This document shows, piece by piece, positions 45,769 through 55,067 of a DNA stretch of 64,000 nucleotides; positions within the stretch are counted from its first letter, which is position 1; every line of letters begins with the position of its first letter. The position numbers and the translations under genes are program-made. The notes under the pieces were generated by a model. The model was given only the letters and a program-made list of their open reading frames with translations. It searched no databases and was not told the DNA's origin. Origin of the DNA: Candidatus Caenarcanales bacterium (GTDB lineage: Bacteria > Cyanobacteriota > Vampirovibrionia > Caenarcaniphilales > Caenarcanaceae); NCBI GenBank assembly GCA_041737745.1, contig JBGSRC010000003.1, forward strand, positions 36,631-100,630, written 5' to 3'.

Positions 45769-46533
45769 CTAACATGATCGACTAAGAGCACCTAGTCTTC
45801 TCAAAAAACTGGGGACAACAGGCTCATCATAATGATCGATCCCCTCGTATTTTTTAAGCCCCCCAACAGCCAAGTAAGTGAGCGGCGTAGCCAATATCTC
45901 CCAAACAACCTTGATCGTATAGTTGAACAAAGCCATCTGAAGTAGCAAGTCAAACGTGAAAAGATTTGTCCCAACAAAAGCAAGCGGATAAAAGATAAGC
46001 GTATCAACAGCTTCACCCAGCACAGTAGAACCGATAGTCCTTACCCAAAGATACTTGCCGGCCGTGATCACCTTCAGCTGAGCCAACACAAATGAATTGC
46101 AAAGCTCCCCAAAGGTATAAGCGATGATCGAAGCAAAAGTAATACGCCAGCCGTTAGCAAAGAGCTGCTCATAAAGATTTTGTTTGGTCCACTCAGCCGG
46201 ATGAGGCATCACCAAAATGACCTGTACCATCACATTGGCTACAAGCAAAGCCATAAAACCAGTCCAAATCACCCGTCTACTGACCTCATAGCCATAAACT
46301 TCAGCCAGCAGATCGCCAATCAAGTAAGTGAGCGGAAAGAAGACAATGCAAGCCCCAAAGGCCGGACTGACGAAGTGAATGCCTAGACTGGGCAAGTCCA
46401 GCGTGAAAATAGCTGGCTTCTGCGCCCCAATCAGATTCACCACGATCAAGACGCCGATAAAGATGGCCTGAAAGGAAGTGAGGAATTTGTACTCTTTTGT
46501 TGCTGTGAGCAAGGTAGAAGCGGTGATAGACAC
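45769..46533 (-). CDS. Queuosine precursor transporter (YhhQ/VUT family)
   Basis: FPLTYLIGDLLAEVYGY...RRVIW.GF, RI.FASIIAY..GE..NS, R..GST.LGE.VDT. Confidence 0.92.
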   Translation of the reverse strand: MSITASTLLTATKEYKFLTSFQAIFIGVLIVVNLIGAQKPAIFTLDLPSLGIHFVSPAFGACIVFFPLTYLIGDLLAEVYGYEVSRRVIWTGFMALLVANVMVQVILVMPHPAEWTKQNLYEQLFANGWRITFASIIAYTFGELCNSFVLAQLKVITAGKYLWVRTIGSTVLGEAVDTLIFYPLAFVGTNLFTFDLLLQMALFNYTIKVVWEILATPLTYLAVGGLKKYEGIDHYDEPVVPSFLRRLGALSRSC

Positions 46534-46624
46534 TGTTTTTTTAGTCTAACAGTCTTTATAAGCTATGCCCCTTCCAGAAAATACGGTCGAAGTTTAAGGA
46601 AAGCTTGAATGATTAAATCATCGC

Positions 46625-46723
46625 GGAGTTTGAGGGGGACCTTAGTCCCCCAATATCTAATATTTTCTTAACTGCAAGTGAGCCTAAAGACCCCACCCCC
46701 AACCCCTCCCTCAGGGAGGGGAG
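46625..46723. repeat. REP-like node (module A plus module B inverted)
   Basis: GGAGTTTGAGGGGGACCTTAGTCCCCCA at 46625; CCCCACCCCCAACCCCTCCCTCAGGGAGGGG at about 46691. Confidence 0.75.
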
Positions 46724-46891
46724 AAATTTTTCACCATGGGGACTTCGTCCCCAAACCCCTGTTCAATTTGAAAGTCTTCGTATTAAAGGGGGGTCTTTTT
46801 GGAGTTTTTTCGCTTTTTCTCAAGAACAAAAGAAATCTCCCAAAGTCAGGGGATTGCTAAGATAAAGCTTAACAATAGAGAATTTTTAAAA

Positions 46892-48757
46892 ATGTGTGGA
46901 ATCGTCGGATACATAGGCCAAGGCCAAGCTTTCCCCTACCTGCTCAATGCCCTTAAACTTCTCGAATATAGAGGCTACGATTCCAGTGGCATAGCCCTCT
47001 ATGACGCAGAGACGGGGCTTACTGTCAGCAAATGCCAAGGTAAACTGGCAAAGCTAATCGAAAAAACCAGCACTCTCCCCATGAATGGCACCATGGGCAT
47101 CGGGCACACCCGTTGGGCTACCCAAGGAGTACCTAGCGATATCAACGCTCACCCCCACCTGAACGGCAAGGCCAGCGTAGCGATCGTCCACAACGGCATC
47201 ATTGCCAACTACAGTGAACTCAAGCAATCTTTAGTTGCCAAGGGGATTAATTTTGTCTCTGAGACTGACAGTGAAGTACTAGCCCATCTAGTCGGCTGCT
47301 ATCTAGAAGAAGGAATGAATCTGAAAGCCGCTCTCAGAAAGGTCACTGAGGTAGTAGAGGGAAGCTACGCTATCTGTGTGATCTGCGCTGATGAGCCGGA
47401 TAAGTTGATGATGACTTGCCATGACGCTCCTCTGGTGATTGGTTTGGGTAGTGGTGGCGATCTGTTTTGTGCCAGTGACAGCATGGCCATCCTCCAATAC
47501 ACCAATCGGGTGATCAGACTAAAAGAATCACAAATAGCGGAATTGCGCGCTGACGGTAGCTTTAGTCTCTTTGATCGAGAAAATCAACTAGTCTCAGAGC
47601 CCGAAGTGCAGCTCTTGAGCCATGATCCGCTCAGCCTAGACAAAAAAGGCTATAAACATTATTTGCTCAAAGAAATCCACGAACAACCGGCCGTCTTGCG
47701 CTCGCTTCTGGAGAGTCATTTGCCCGGTGGCCAAAACGTCAGTATCGAGAGTCTAGACCAAGAAGCGCTCAAAAATGTGACAGGCATCACTCTGCTGGGC
47801 TGTGGGACGGCCTATTATGCTGCCCTGGTCGGCAAATACGTGCTGGAACATTTGGCGAAAATACCGGTGCAAGTGGAGTTTTCTAGCGAACAAATCCAGC
47901 GCCCAGTCTTGATGGACAAGGATAGTCTAGTGATCGCTGTCAGCCAATCCGGTGAGACAGCCGATACTTTGCTGGCTGTCAAAGCCTGTCTGAGAGAGAA
48001 GATCAAAGTGATTGCGATCACCAATAGACTGGAATCTTCGCTCTCAACGATTGCTGATGCTGGTTCATTTTTCTTGAATGCTGGAGCAGAAATCAGCGTA
48101 GCAGCCACCAAAAGCTTCAGTGCACAGTTGATGTGTTTATATTTGTTGGCTCTCAAGCTTGCTAGCTTGCGTGGAACTCTTCCTGAGGGTCTTTTGCAGA
48201 CTTTGCAAAACGACTTGCGTTGTATTCCGCAGCTTCTCGAGCAGACTCTCAGTAGGGCTGAACAATACAAAGATCAGATTTTGCCCTATTCGGGCTATCA
48301 GTCTTTTATCTTTCTTGGTCGTGGTGTCAACTATCCTCTGGCGATGGAGGGTGCGCTTAAGCTCAAGGAACTCACTTATGTGCAGGCAGCCGGTTACGCA
48401 TCCGGTGAGATGAAGCATGGGCCTATTGCCACTATTGATGAGAATGTGCCGACATTATCTATCATCGTTCCTGGTGAGCTTCTGCACAAGACACTGCACA
48501 ACTGCATTGAGGCTAAGACTAGGGGAGCCCCTTCTTTGGGGATCATCGCTGATGGTGATTTGGAGAGTGCAGAGCAGCTTGACGCTGTTTTCTCTATACC
48601 GAGCATTGGGGGGGATTTGCCCGAGTCCTTGCGGGATCTTTTTACGCCATTCTTGGCTGTGATTCCTTTGCAGTTGATGGCTTATTATTTGGCTGAGTAT
48701 CTTGGTAAAGATGTTGATCAGCCCAGAAATCTAGCCAAGTCAGTTACTGTCGAATAG
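46892..48757 (+). CDS. glmS: Glutamine--fructose-6-phosphate aminotransferase (isomerizing)
   Basis: N-terminal MCGIVG (ATG 46892), LEYRGYDSSG, GHTRWAT, SQSGETADT, EISVAATK, C-terminal PRNLAKSVTVE. Confidence 0.97.
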   Translation: MCGIVGYIGQGQAFPYLLNALKLLEYRGYDSSGIALYDAETGLTVSKCQGKLAKLIEKTSTLPMNGTMGIGHTRWATQGVPSDINAHPHLNGKASVAIVHNGIIANYSELKQSLVAKGINFVSETDSEVLAHLVGCYLEEGMNLKAALRKVTEVVEGSYAICVICADEPDKLMMTCHDAPLVIGLGSGGDLFCASDSMAILQYTNRVIRLKESQIAELRADGSFSLFDRENQLVSEPEVQLLSHDPLSLDKKGYKHYLLKEIHEQPAVLRSLLESHLPGGQNVSIESLDQEALKNVTGITLLGCGTAYYAALVGKYVLEHLAKIPVQVEFSSEQIQRPVLMDKDSLVIAVSQSGETADTLLAVKACLREKIKVIAITNRLESSLSTIADAGSFFLNAGAEISVAATKSFSAQLMCLYLLALKLASLRGTLPEGLLQTLQNDLRCIPQLLEQTLSRAEQYKDQILPYSGYQSFIFLGRGVNYPLAMEGALKLKELTYVQAAGYASGEMKHGPIATIDENVPTLSIIVPGELLHKTLHNCIEAKTRGAPSLGIIADGDLESAEQLDAVFSIPSIGGDLPESLRDLFTPFLAVIPLQLMAYYLAEYLGKDVDQPRNLAKSVTVE

Positions 48758-48759
48758 CA

Positions 48760-48792
48760 GGGGTGAGTTTGAGGGGGCTTAGCCCCCAAACC
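48760..48792. repeat. Module A immediately after the glmS stop
   Basis: GGGGTGAGTTTGAGGGGGCTTAGCCCCCAAACC. Confidence 0.7.
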
Positions 48793-48822
48793 TTCCACGC
48801 AGCAGATCAACTTCTTGCCGCT

Positions 48823-49422
48823 CTAATATTTTTCATACTGAATAGTATTAACGCCACCATTAGGTCCAACGCGATTTATAGTCCCAGTCTTTGTGCTGGG
48901 ATCATAGGTGCTAGTAGAAGATGAATTGCGGATCTGACCATTAGGTAAGATCACTTGCTTGCTACCGGTGCAATTTCCCCCAACGCATGAAGCAGAGCGG
49001 GTAGTGCTAGTAGTCTGACCTCTAGAGTTTGTGTAGGAGGAGTTTGATTGGACCCCGTTACCGTTGCCATAAGTGACATTTTTGGTTCCGGTGCCGCCAT
49101 TGGGCCCTTGTGTGTTGAATTGAGCTGTCTTATTCACTCTGTCAATTGTTCCTTGAGTGGTGGAACTGAACTGGCTGCCATTTGGGCGCGTGACTGTCTT
49201 AGTGCCGCTATAAGATCCATTACTGTAGGTTCCTTGAGTAGTAGTGACACGCCCGTTTGCGTTGGTGCGAGTCGAGGTACGAACGCCATTTGATCTATTC
49301 ACAGAGCCGCTGCCACCGTTAGAAGTGGTATAGCTGCGTCCCCTTGCTTCGCCGCTTTCAGGGATTAGAGAGGCAAGAGAGCAAAGGGCTAAGAGAAAAA
49401 AAGCAGTTTGTTTGTTTTTCAT
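48823..49422 (-). CDS. Secreted Gly/Thr/Ser/Asn-rich protein with PNG-turn repeats
   Basis: Signal peptide; recurring (G/R/L)PNG and ANG motifs spaced by short beta-like segments. Confidence 0.78.
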   Translation of the reverse strand: MKNKQTAFFLLALCSLASLIPESGEARGRSYTTSNGGSGSVNRSNGVRTSTRTNANGRVTTTQGTYSNGSYSGTKTVTRPNGSQFSSTTQGTIDRVNKTAQFNTQGPNGGTGTKNVTYGNGNGVQSNSSYTNSRGQTTSTTRSASCVGGNCTGSKQVILPNGQIRNSSSTSTYDPSTKTGTINRVGPNGGVNTIQYEKY

Positions 49423-49491
49423 GAGCTGATTTGATTGAGGTTCTTACTCTCATGATAAGCACAGAGCCTAGCTAAAAATGCTAGGGGCGAG

Positions 49492-50358
49492 TTAGCTGCA
49501 TGTTGGCTGAATAAAACGCCCGTCACCATCTGGCCAGATCGAATATTCTCCCAAAAGCCGAAAGTGCCGAACAAAGCCTCTAAGCTCGTCTAAGGCCTCT
49601 GCTAGTGCTGGAGTGACCAGAATATCCACGAAAAAAACGTATTGGCCAAGGTCATAAGTACTGGGGCGAGACTCGATCCGAGTCAAATTAATCCCACGTT
49701 CAGAGAAGCATCTAAGACTCCGCACCAATCCCCCAGAGACCCCAAGCGGTATATCGAAAGCGAGCGAAGCCAGTCTTTGCTGGCCCTCATTCTGAGCGAG
49801 GTTTAGGCTGCCAGCTTCTCCTAAGAGCCAAAAACGAGTGCGGTTATTGTCTCTGTCATTGATCTTCGCTCTGAGCAACGGTACGGAATGAAGCTCAGCG
49901 CAAAGCGCATTGCCGATAGCCGCCTGTGTGGTGTCACTGGAAATGAGCGAAGCGATACCCTGCGAGTTACTGGCGCATTCGATCAGCTTGGCTTTAGGAA
50001 AGTTTGCGGCCAAAAACTCGGCGCATTGCAGGTGAGCTTGATAGTGGGCTTTGATCTCCTGAATTTCTTCAAAAGCGCCAAAACCGTAAAGGCTGTGAGT
50101 GACGGGCAAGACGTACTCGATCAATACTTGCTTGCTAGAACTAAGGCGATAGACCCCATCGAGACTGCCTTGCACGCCGCCGCCGACAGAATTTTCCAGT
50201 GGCAAAAGCCCCATATCTCCCGCCTCAACGCCTTCGAGTACCAGCTCCAGTTTTAGGCACGGTGACAATAAAAAAGCATCATTGAGCCGAGCCAAAACTG
50301 CCACAGCGCAAAGATGCGAGAAAGAGCCTTCTGGCCCCAAATAATGCAGTTTCAACAT
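49492..50358 (-). CDS. pheA: Prephenate dehydratase (monofunctional, with ACT domain)
   Basis: YLGPEGSFS, PLENS..G.V, QA..QC, N.TRFW, GINLTRIESRP, YVFFVD. Confidence 0.94.
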   Translation of the reverse strand: MLKLHYLGPEGSFSHLCAVAVLARLNDAFLLSPCLKLELVLEGVEAGDMGLLPLENSVGGGVQGSLDGVYRLSSSKQVLIEYVLPVTHSLYGFGAFEEIQEIKAHYQAHLQCAEFLAANFPKAKLIECASNSQGIASLISSDTTQAAIGNALCAELHSVPLLRAKINDRDNNRTRFWLLGEAGSLNLAQNEGQQRLASLAFDIPLGVSGGLVRSLRCFSERGINLTRIESRPSTYDLGQYVFFVDILVTPALAEALDELRGFVRHFRLLGEYSIWPDGDGRFIQPTCS

Positions 50359-50367
50359 TCGGCTAGC

Positions 50368-50553
50368 TTAACCGATAGGCAGAAATAAGCCTATTCTCCA
50401 AGTAAATTCTTCCAACGGGGGTGTATTATCGTTCAAATCTTCGTCGCTATCTGACACGTCATAATCTTCAAAATCAAAATCTTCAGCATAGTGAGTCTCA
50501 CTTCTCTTTAGCATCGATAAAAGGTCTAGGGAGCTCATATTTAATTGCCTCAA
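50368..50553 (-). CDS. Small acidic hypothetical protein upstream of pheA
   Basis: 61-aa ORF ending 9 bp before the pheA start; Asp/Glu-rich. Confidence 0.45.
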   Translation of the reverse strand: MRQLNMSSLDLLSMLKRSETHYAEDFDFEDYDVSDSDEDLNDNTPPLEEFTWRIGLFLPIG

Positions 50554-50627
50554 GTATTCTCTACCTCAGGAATTGTGTTTTATCTCAGGCATTGCCCTAG
50601 ACAGTGAAGTAGCTAAAGACTATTTCC

Positions 50628-51090
50628 CTCAATAAATTAAAGGGGTTTTAGGGGACGCTTTTTGAGTACTGTAGGTAATGAAAGCCAGATGTAATGAGGG
50701 GACCTTAGGCCCCCTCAAACTCCCCCAGTCCCTTGATGGCTAATGGCAATACTCATAGAAGAGTCTGCTCTCAAACTCCCCTCAAGGATTAAAGGGGGGT
50801 AGGGATGCTTTTTGAGTACTGTAGGTAATGAGAGCCAGATGTAATGAGGGGACCTTAGGCCCCTTCAAACTCCCCCAGTCCCTCGATGGCTCATGAAAAT
50901 ACTCGCTGTTGAGTGGGTTCTCAAACATCTCCTCAATAAATTAAAGGGGGGTACGGATGCTTTTTGAGTACTGTAGGTAATGAAAGCCAGATGTAATGAG
51001 GGGACCTTAGGCCCCCTCAAACTCCCCCAGTCCCTTGACGGCTCATGAAAAATACTCCTAGAAGAGTCTGCTCCCAAAATTCTCTCAAGG
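50628..51090. repeat. Tandem array of three about 150-152-bp structured units
   Basis: GAGTACTGTAGGTAATG recurs at 50664, 50814 and 50966; each unit carries module A. Confidence 0.95.
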
Positions 51091-51115
51091 GGGAATTAAA
51101 CCCCCAGAAATTGAA

Positions 51116-51349
51116 CTAAGCGACCTTGGTTTGTGTGACCGTTTTTTGGAAAATCTTATCCTTGAGATGCTGCTGCATCAAAGCAGCCACAAACCCCGTC
51201 GGATAATCGCCAAAAAGAACTTCGTAAGAACTGGAAAATTTCGCCATAGCCGAATCTAAATCAACCATCGCCAAATCGTAAAGATGGTCCTTGTCCGCTT
51301 GCTTTAAGCTGTTCATGAAAGTATCAACTAATTTTCTGGCTATTAACAT
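51116..51349 (-). CDS. Small hypothetical protein
   Basis: 77-aa ORF with AGGAG SD upstream; no family recognised. Confidence 0.65.
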   Translation of the reverse strand: MLIARKLVDTFMNSLKQADKDHLYDLAMVDLDSAMAKFSSSYEVLFGDYPTGFVAALMQQHLKDKIFQKTVTQTKVA

Positions 51350-51600
51350 GTTGTTTATTCTCCTGAAAACGCGGAAACGTTTAATAGTTTTTATTGTGCG
51401 CTAAGAGCAAAAGCCACTCTGGCAAAAAGGCCCTTTTTCACCGAACTCAAACCAATTCTTAGGACCTTCTTAATAGAAGCGCAGGCAGCGTAAAACGCAT
51501 TAGCTGAGCTGCTTGCAAGCCAGGCTAACTGCTTCTGGTTTATGATTATCGGCAAGATTAGAAAAATCAGTCACTCAAACCAGAGAAGATAAAAACCAAA

Positions 51601-52929
51601 TTGCGTGTACTAATCATCGGAAGCGGCGGCCGTGAACATGCCTTGGCTCTCTCAATGTTTTTGAGCCCACATGTAGAAGAAGTCTTCTGCACGCCCGGCA
51701 ACCCCGGTATCTCCCAAATAGCCCAATGTATACCCGGCTCCGTCGAAGACTTTCCACGCATTGCTGAGATAGTGCAGGCCCAAAAGATCGACTTGGTGAT
51801 CATCGGTCCAGACGATCCGTTGGCCGGAGGCATAGTAGATTTTCTGGAAAGCAAAGGAATCAAGGTCTTTGGTCCCCGCCGTGATGCCGCTAAGCTCGAA
51901 TGGTCAAAATATTTTGCCAAAGAATTCATGCTCAGAAGGGGCATTCCGACAGCTAGATATGCTGCCTTTGATGAAAGAGCCTATGCCCTCGCTTACGCTC
52001 AGTCGAGACGCCTGCCAATCGTGATCAAAGCAGATGGCCTAGCCAAAGGCAAAGGCGTGACAGTAGCCAATACCCGCGAAGCAGTGGTGGCCGCCATCAA
52101 CAATTGTTTCGACGGTAAATACGGCGAAGCCGGACGGATGGTGGTGATTGAAGATGCCCTGATCGGCTACGAGGCCTCAATCTTCGCTATCTGTGACGGA
52201 GAAAACTATGCCCTGCTTCCGACAGCCCAAGACTACAAACGCCTCTTAGATGGAGACAAGGGCCCCAATACAGGTGGCATGGGGGCTATCGCTCCTCACC
52301 CGCAGATCACACCGGAGATTTTGCAAAAGATCGATCGAAGAATCATCAAACCGACCATTCAAGGGATGAAAGAAGAGGGGAGACCATACAAAGGCTTTCT
52401 CTATGTGGGAGTGATGATCGATGCTCAGGGCGACCCGTGGGTGATCGAGTTCAATAGTCGCCTCGGTGATCCTGAGACTCAGGTAGTTTTGCCTTTGCTG
52501 GAGTGCGATCTTTTTGAGGTGATTTGGAAGGCTACACAGGGCAATCTAGGATCTTTTCGAGGCATGCTGCCGAGCGCCGAGACTTCGCGCAATGCTGCTA
52601 GTGTTTGTTTGATTTTAGCTAGTCAAGGTTATCCGGAGAAGTTCGCTACTGGTTTGCCTATTCGTTTTCGGGTTGGTTTTAGCCTTGGGCCTCATTGTCA
52701 GTTGATTGATAAAAGCGGTGATGTCCCGAATTCCTTAGTACGTTTGATGCTTTTTCATTCTGGTACTAGGCTCGATCCGGAGCGCAACTTGATAACGGCT
52801 GGGGGGCGAGTAGTTGGGGTTACTGCTTTGGCCGGAAATCTCTTTATGGCTTTGAAGGGGGCTTATACGGCTGTTGAAAAAATCGATTATCCCGGAAAAT
52901 ATTTTCGGACAGATATCGGGGCTAGTTGA
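51601..52929 (+). CDS. purD: Phosphoribosylamine--glycine ligase
   Basis: LIIGSGGREHA, PGNPG, VIKADGLAKGKG, QDYKR..DGD.GPNTGGMG, EFNSRLGDPE, GGRV, YFRTDIG; short insertion before FHSGT. Confidence 0.97.
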   Translation: MRVLIIGSGGREHALALSMFLSPHVEEVFCTPGNPGISQIAQCIPGSVEDFPRIAEIVQAQKIDLVIIGPDDPLAGGIVDFLESKGIKVFGPRRDAAKLEWSKYFAKEFMLRRGIPTARYAAFDERAYALAYAQSRRLPIVIKADGLAKGKGVTVANTREAVVAAINNCFDGKYGEAGRMVVIEDALIGYEASIFAICDGENYALLPTAQDYKRLLDGDKGPNTGGMGAIAPHPQITPEILQKIDRRIIKPTIQGMKEEGRPYKGFLYVGVMIDAQGDPWVIEFNSRLGDPETQVVLPLLECDLFEVIWKATQGNLGSFRGMLPSAETSRNAASVCLILASQGYPEKFATGLPIRFRVGFSLGPHCQLIDKSGDVPNSLVRLMLFHSGTRLDPERNLITAGGRVVGVTALAGNLFMALKGAYTAVEKIDYPGKYFRTDIGAS

Positions 52930-52997
52930 GTAAAGATTGATAATAAGAGAACTATGGAGGCCAGTCACTCAGTTTTGTTACTGACAAGCTACAAAGC

Positions 52998-53462
52998 TCA
53001 AAGTCGATTTTTAATAATCATCACCTCAGCGATCTTCGTAGCCAAAGACTTCTGAATAGCCAAGACTTCCTGCAATTCACGAATGAAGTTGTTTTCATCT
53101 TCAGTGACAGTGCCATCGTTCAAAACCAGATCAACAGCAATAGCAAAGGTAGACTCTTGCACCTCTTGGTTCAAGGCCAGCGACGTCCCCGCAACCTTTA
53201 AGGCCTCACTCATGCCAACAGTTTTAATGAATTGGACTATTTTGGCAAAGACTTTCTCTTTGGAGACATTGGTGAAGATTTTTCTTTGGTCCAAGACCAA
53301 AAGAGCTTGATTCAATTCGCCGTCATCTATCTGCCCGTCAGAGCTAATAGCCACCATGATGATGATCGCTATTGCCTCTTGTTCGGAAAATTGATTTGAC
53401 TCAGAAACCTCAATGCGCTCAGTCAAATCACTGGCATCAATCATGTCTTCTAAAAAACCCAT
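52998..53462 (-). CDS. TerB-family (tellurite-resistance-like) protein
   Basis: ISSDGQIDDGE and AVDLVLNDGTVTEDE..FI..L duplicated TerB motif. Confidence 0.8.
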   Translation of the reverse strand: MGFLEDMIDASDLTERIEVSESNQFSEQEAIAIIIMVAISSDGQIDDGELNQALLVLDQRKIFTNVSKEKVFAKIVQFIKTVGMSEALKVAGTSLALNQEVQESTFAIAVDLVLNDGTVTEDENNFIRELQEVLAIQKSLATKIAEVMIIKNRL

Positions 53463-53494
53463 AAATTATTTGCTTTGCTTAGGACTAAAAATAT

Positions 53495-53968
53495 TTATGC
53501 CCTTTTCCCCTCAACGCTAAACCCAGAAGCGGCTTTTCTCGGTAAAGCCAAAGCGCGCGCCAAAGCCAAGAAAGCAAAAACGACCTCACCAGTAGCCGTA
53601 AAGCCAAAGATGGACAAGCTGAGCCACGCTGAGACCACCCAAGAACGTAGATCTAGCGGAACCATGAAAAAAAGACAAAGCGCCACTATGGACGCAGCCG
53701 CCGCGCCGAGATTAGCCCAAATCGCTCTCTGAGTGATGTTCGCTAGCTGCTCTGTAGTGATGGATAAATCTATCTCTCTAAGCCTAGAGTCTGTACTGAA
53801 AGTGAAAAGGGCAATGAAAAGAAAACCGAGATTCACCGAACAGACCAAGACGATGATCGGGAAAACCAACCAAAAGTTTTGATCGATGGAAGCAACTGAA
53901 AGCTGAAAGATTAAACCCGGTGCCAAGCTCAGAAAGACTAAAGCGAGAAGATTTGATTTATTTTGCAT
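53495..53968 (-). CDS. Hypothetical membrane protein (about four TM helices)
   Basis: ATG at 53968 overlaps the carA stop, suggesting translational coupling. Confidence 0.65.
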   Translation of the reverse strand: MQNKSNLLALVFLSLAPGLIFQLSVASIDQNFWLVFPIIVLVCSVNLGFLFIALFTFSTDSRLREIDLSITTEQLANITQRAIWANLGAAAASIVALCLFFMVPLDLRSWVVSAWLSLSIFGFTATGEVVFAFLALARALALPRKAASGFSVEGKRA

Positions 53969-55067
53969 GAGCGAGTATGGCCTCAGTGAAAGTATCGAAA
54001 AGGGCAAGACAATCATGAGGACCAGGAGCAGCCTCCGGATGAAATTGCACACTGAAAACTGGCCTCCCAATGAGAGCCAGACCCTCTACGCTGCCATCGT
54101 TGAGCGATCTGTGGGTGACAGAGGCTAGCTCAGCAGGGACAGTATTGGCCAGCACCTCAAAGCCATGATTTTGGCTGGTGATGAAAACGCGGCCAGTAGA
54201 CAACTCCAAGACGGGGTGATTTGAGCCTCTGTGCCCAAAGCTCATCTTGGCTGTCTTAGCCCCAATCGCTTCAGCCAGTATCTGATGTCCGAGACAAACC
54301 CCAAAGATCGGTTTTTTATAATTTGCTAGAAGCTCTCGCGTTTCTCGAATAAGCCCATGACAAGCGGCCGGATCGCCAGGGCCATTGCTGAGAAAAATCC
54401 CATCAGGCGCTGAGTCGATCAGCTCCTTGGCGCTCGAAGCAGCCGGAAAGATCTCCAAGTCAAAACCGAGAGCCAACAAAAGGGCACTCATCTCTCTTTT
54501 GAAGCCAAAATCAAAGAGAGCAATTTTCCCCAACCGCTTGGCAGTGGTGCTGTGGCTTTCACGGGCATTGGAGCTTGCGTCTATGGTCAGATCGAGGCCA
54601 TTCATCTGAGGGCTGGCGAGCAGGTCCTTTTGCAGTTTGTCTAAATCAAGATTTTCACCGACAGCAATCAGTGATCGCATTGCTCCTTGGTTGCGAATTT
54701 TGCGGGTGATCGCCCTTGTGTCCACCCCAAAGAGGGCGGGGATTTGATGTCTAGCTAGATATGAGGCTAAGCTTTCACGCTCCGGTGGCGAATAAGGCGA
54801 CAGATTTTTGGCGATCAAAGCCTTGGCTAAAGGTCTTTGCGCTTGGTCGTCAGTGTGAATAATTCCATAGTTACCGATCTCAGGATAAGTGAGTAAGACA
54901 TTTTGTCCAGCATAACTAGGATCGCTCAAGATCTCTTGGTAGCCTGTCAGGGCAGTATTGAAGACCAGCTCTCCGAAGGCCAAAGAGCCAGCAAGCGATG
55001 GCGACCAGCCCCTATAAAGAGTTTTGTCTTCAAGGAGCAAAAAAGCTTCAGTCATACTGAAAACCAT
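53958..55067 (-). CDS. carA: Carbamoyl-phosphate synthase small subunit
   Basis: GELVFNTALTGYQEILSDPSY, GVDTRAITR, LSNGPGDP, GVCLGHQ, GHRGSNHPV, TSQNHGF, VQFHPEAAPGPHD; start at 55067 or 55055. Confidence 0.96.
   Translation of the reverse strand: MVFSMTEAFLLLEDKTLYRGWSPSLAGSLAFGELVFNTALTGYQEILSDPSYAGQNVLLTYPEIGNYGIIHTDDQAQRPLAKALIAKNLSPYSPPERESLASYLARHQIPALFGVDTRAITRKIRNQGAMRSLIAVGENLDLDKLQKDLLASPQMNGLDLTIDASSNARESHSTTAKRLGKIALFDFGFKREMSALLLALGFDLEIFPAASSAKELIDSAPDGIFLSNGPGDPAACHGLIRETRELLANYKKPIFGVCLGHQILAEAIGAKTAKMSFGHRGSNHPVLELSTGRVFITSQNHGFEVLANTVPAELASVTHRSLNDGSVEGLALIGRPVFSVQFHPEAAPGPHDCLALFDTFTEAILAHAK

Noticed and set aside
46534-46620. preQ1 riboswitch upstream of the queuosine precursor transporter
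   Set aside because: An A-tract is present on the minus strand, but no preQ1-I stem-loop with the expected loop consensus.
46730-46891. glmS ribozyme upstream of glmS
   Set aside because: I could not find the conserved AGCGCC cleavage-site core or the P2 motifs; the region holds REP modules instead.
50628-51090. About 151-bp periodic array as CRISPR
   Set aside because: The conserved part is about 100 bp and the variable parts are homologous to each other rather than unique spacers.
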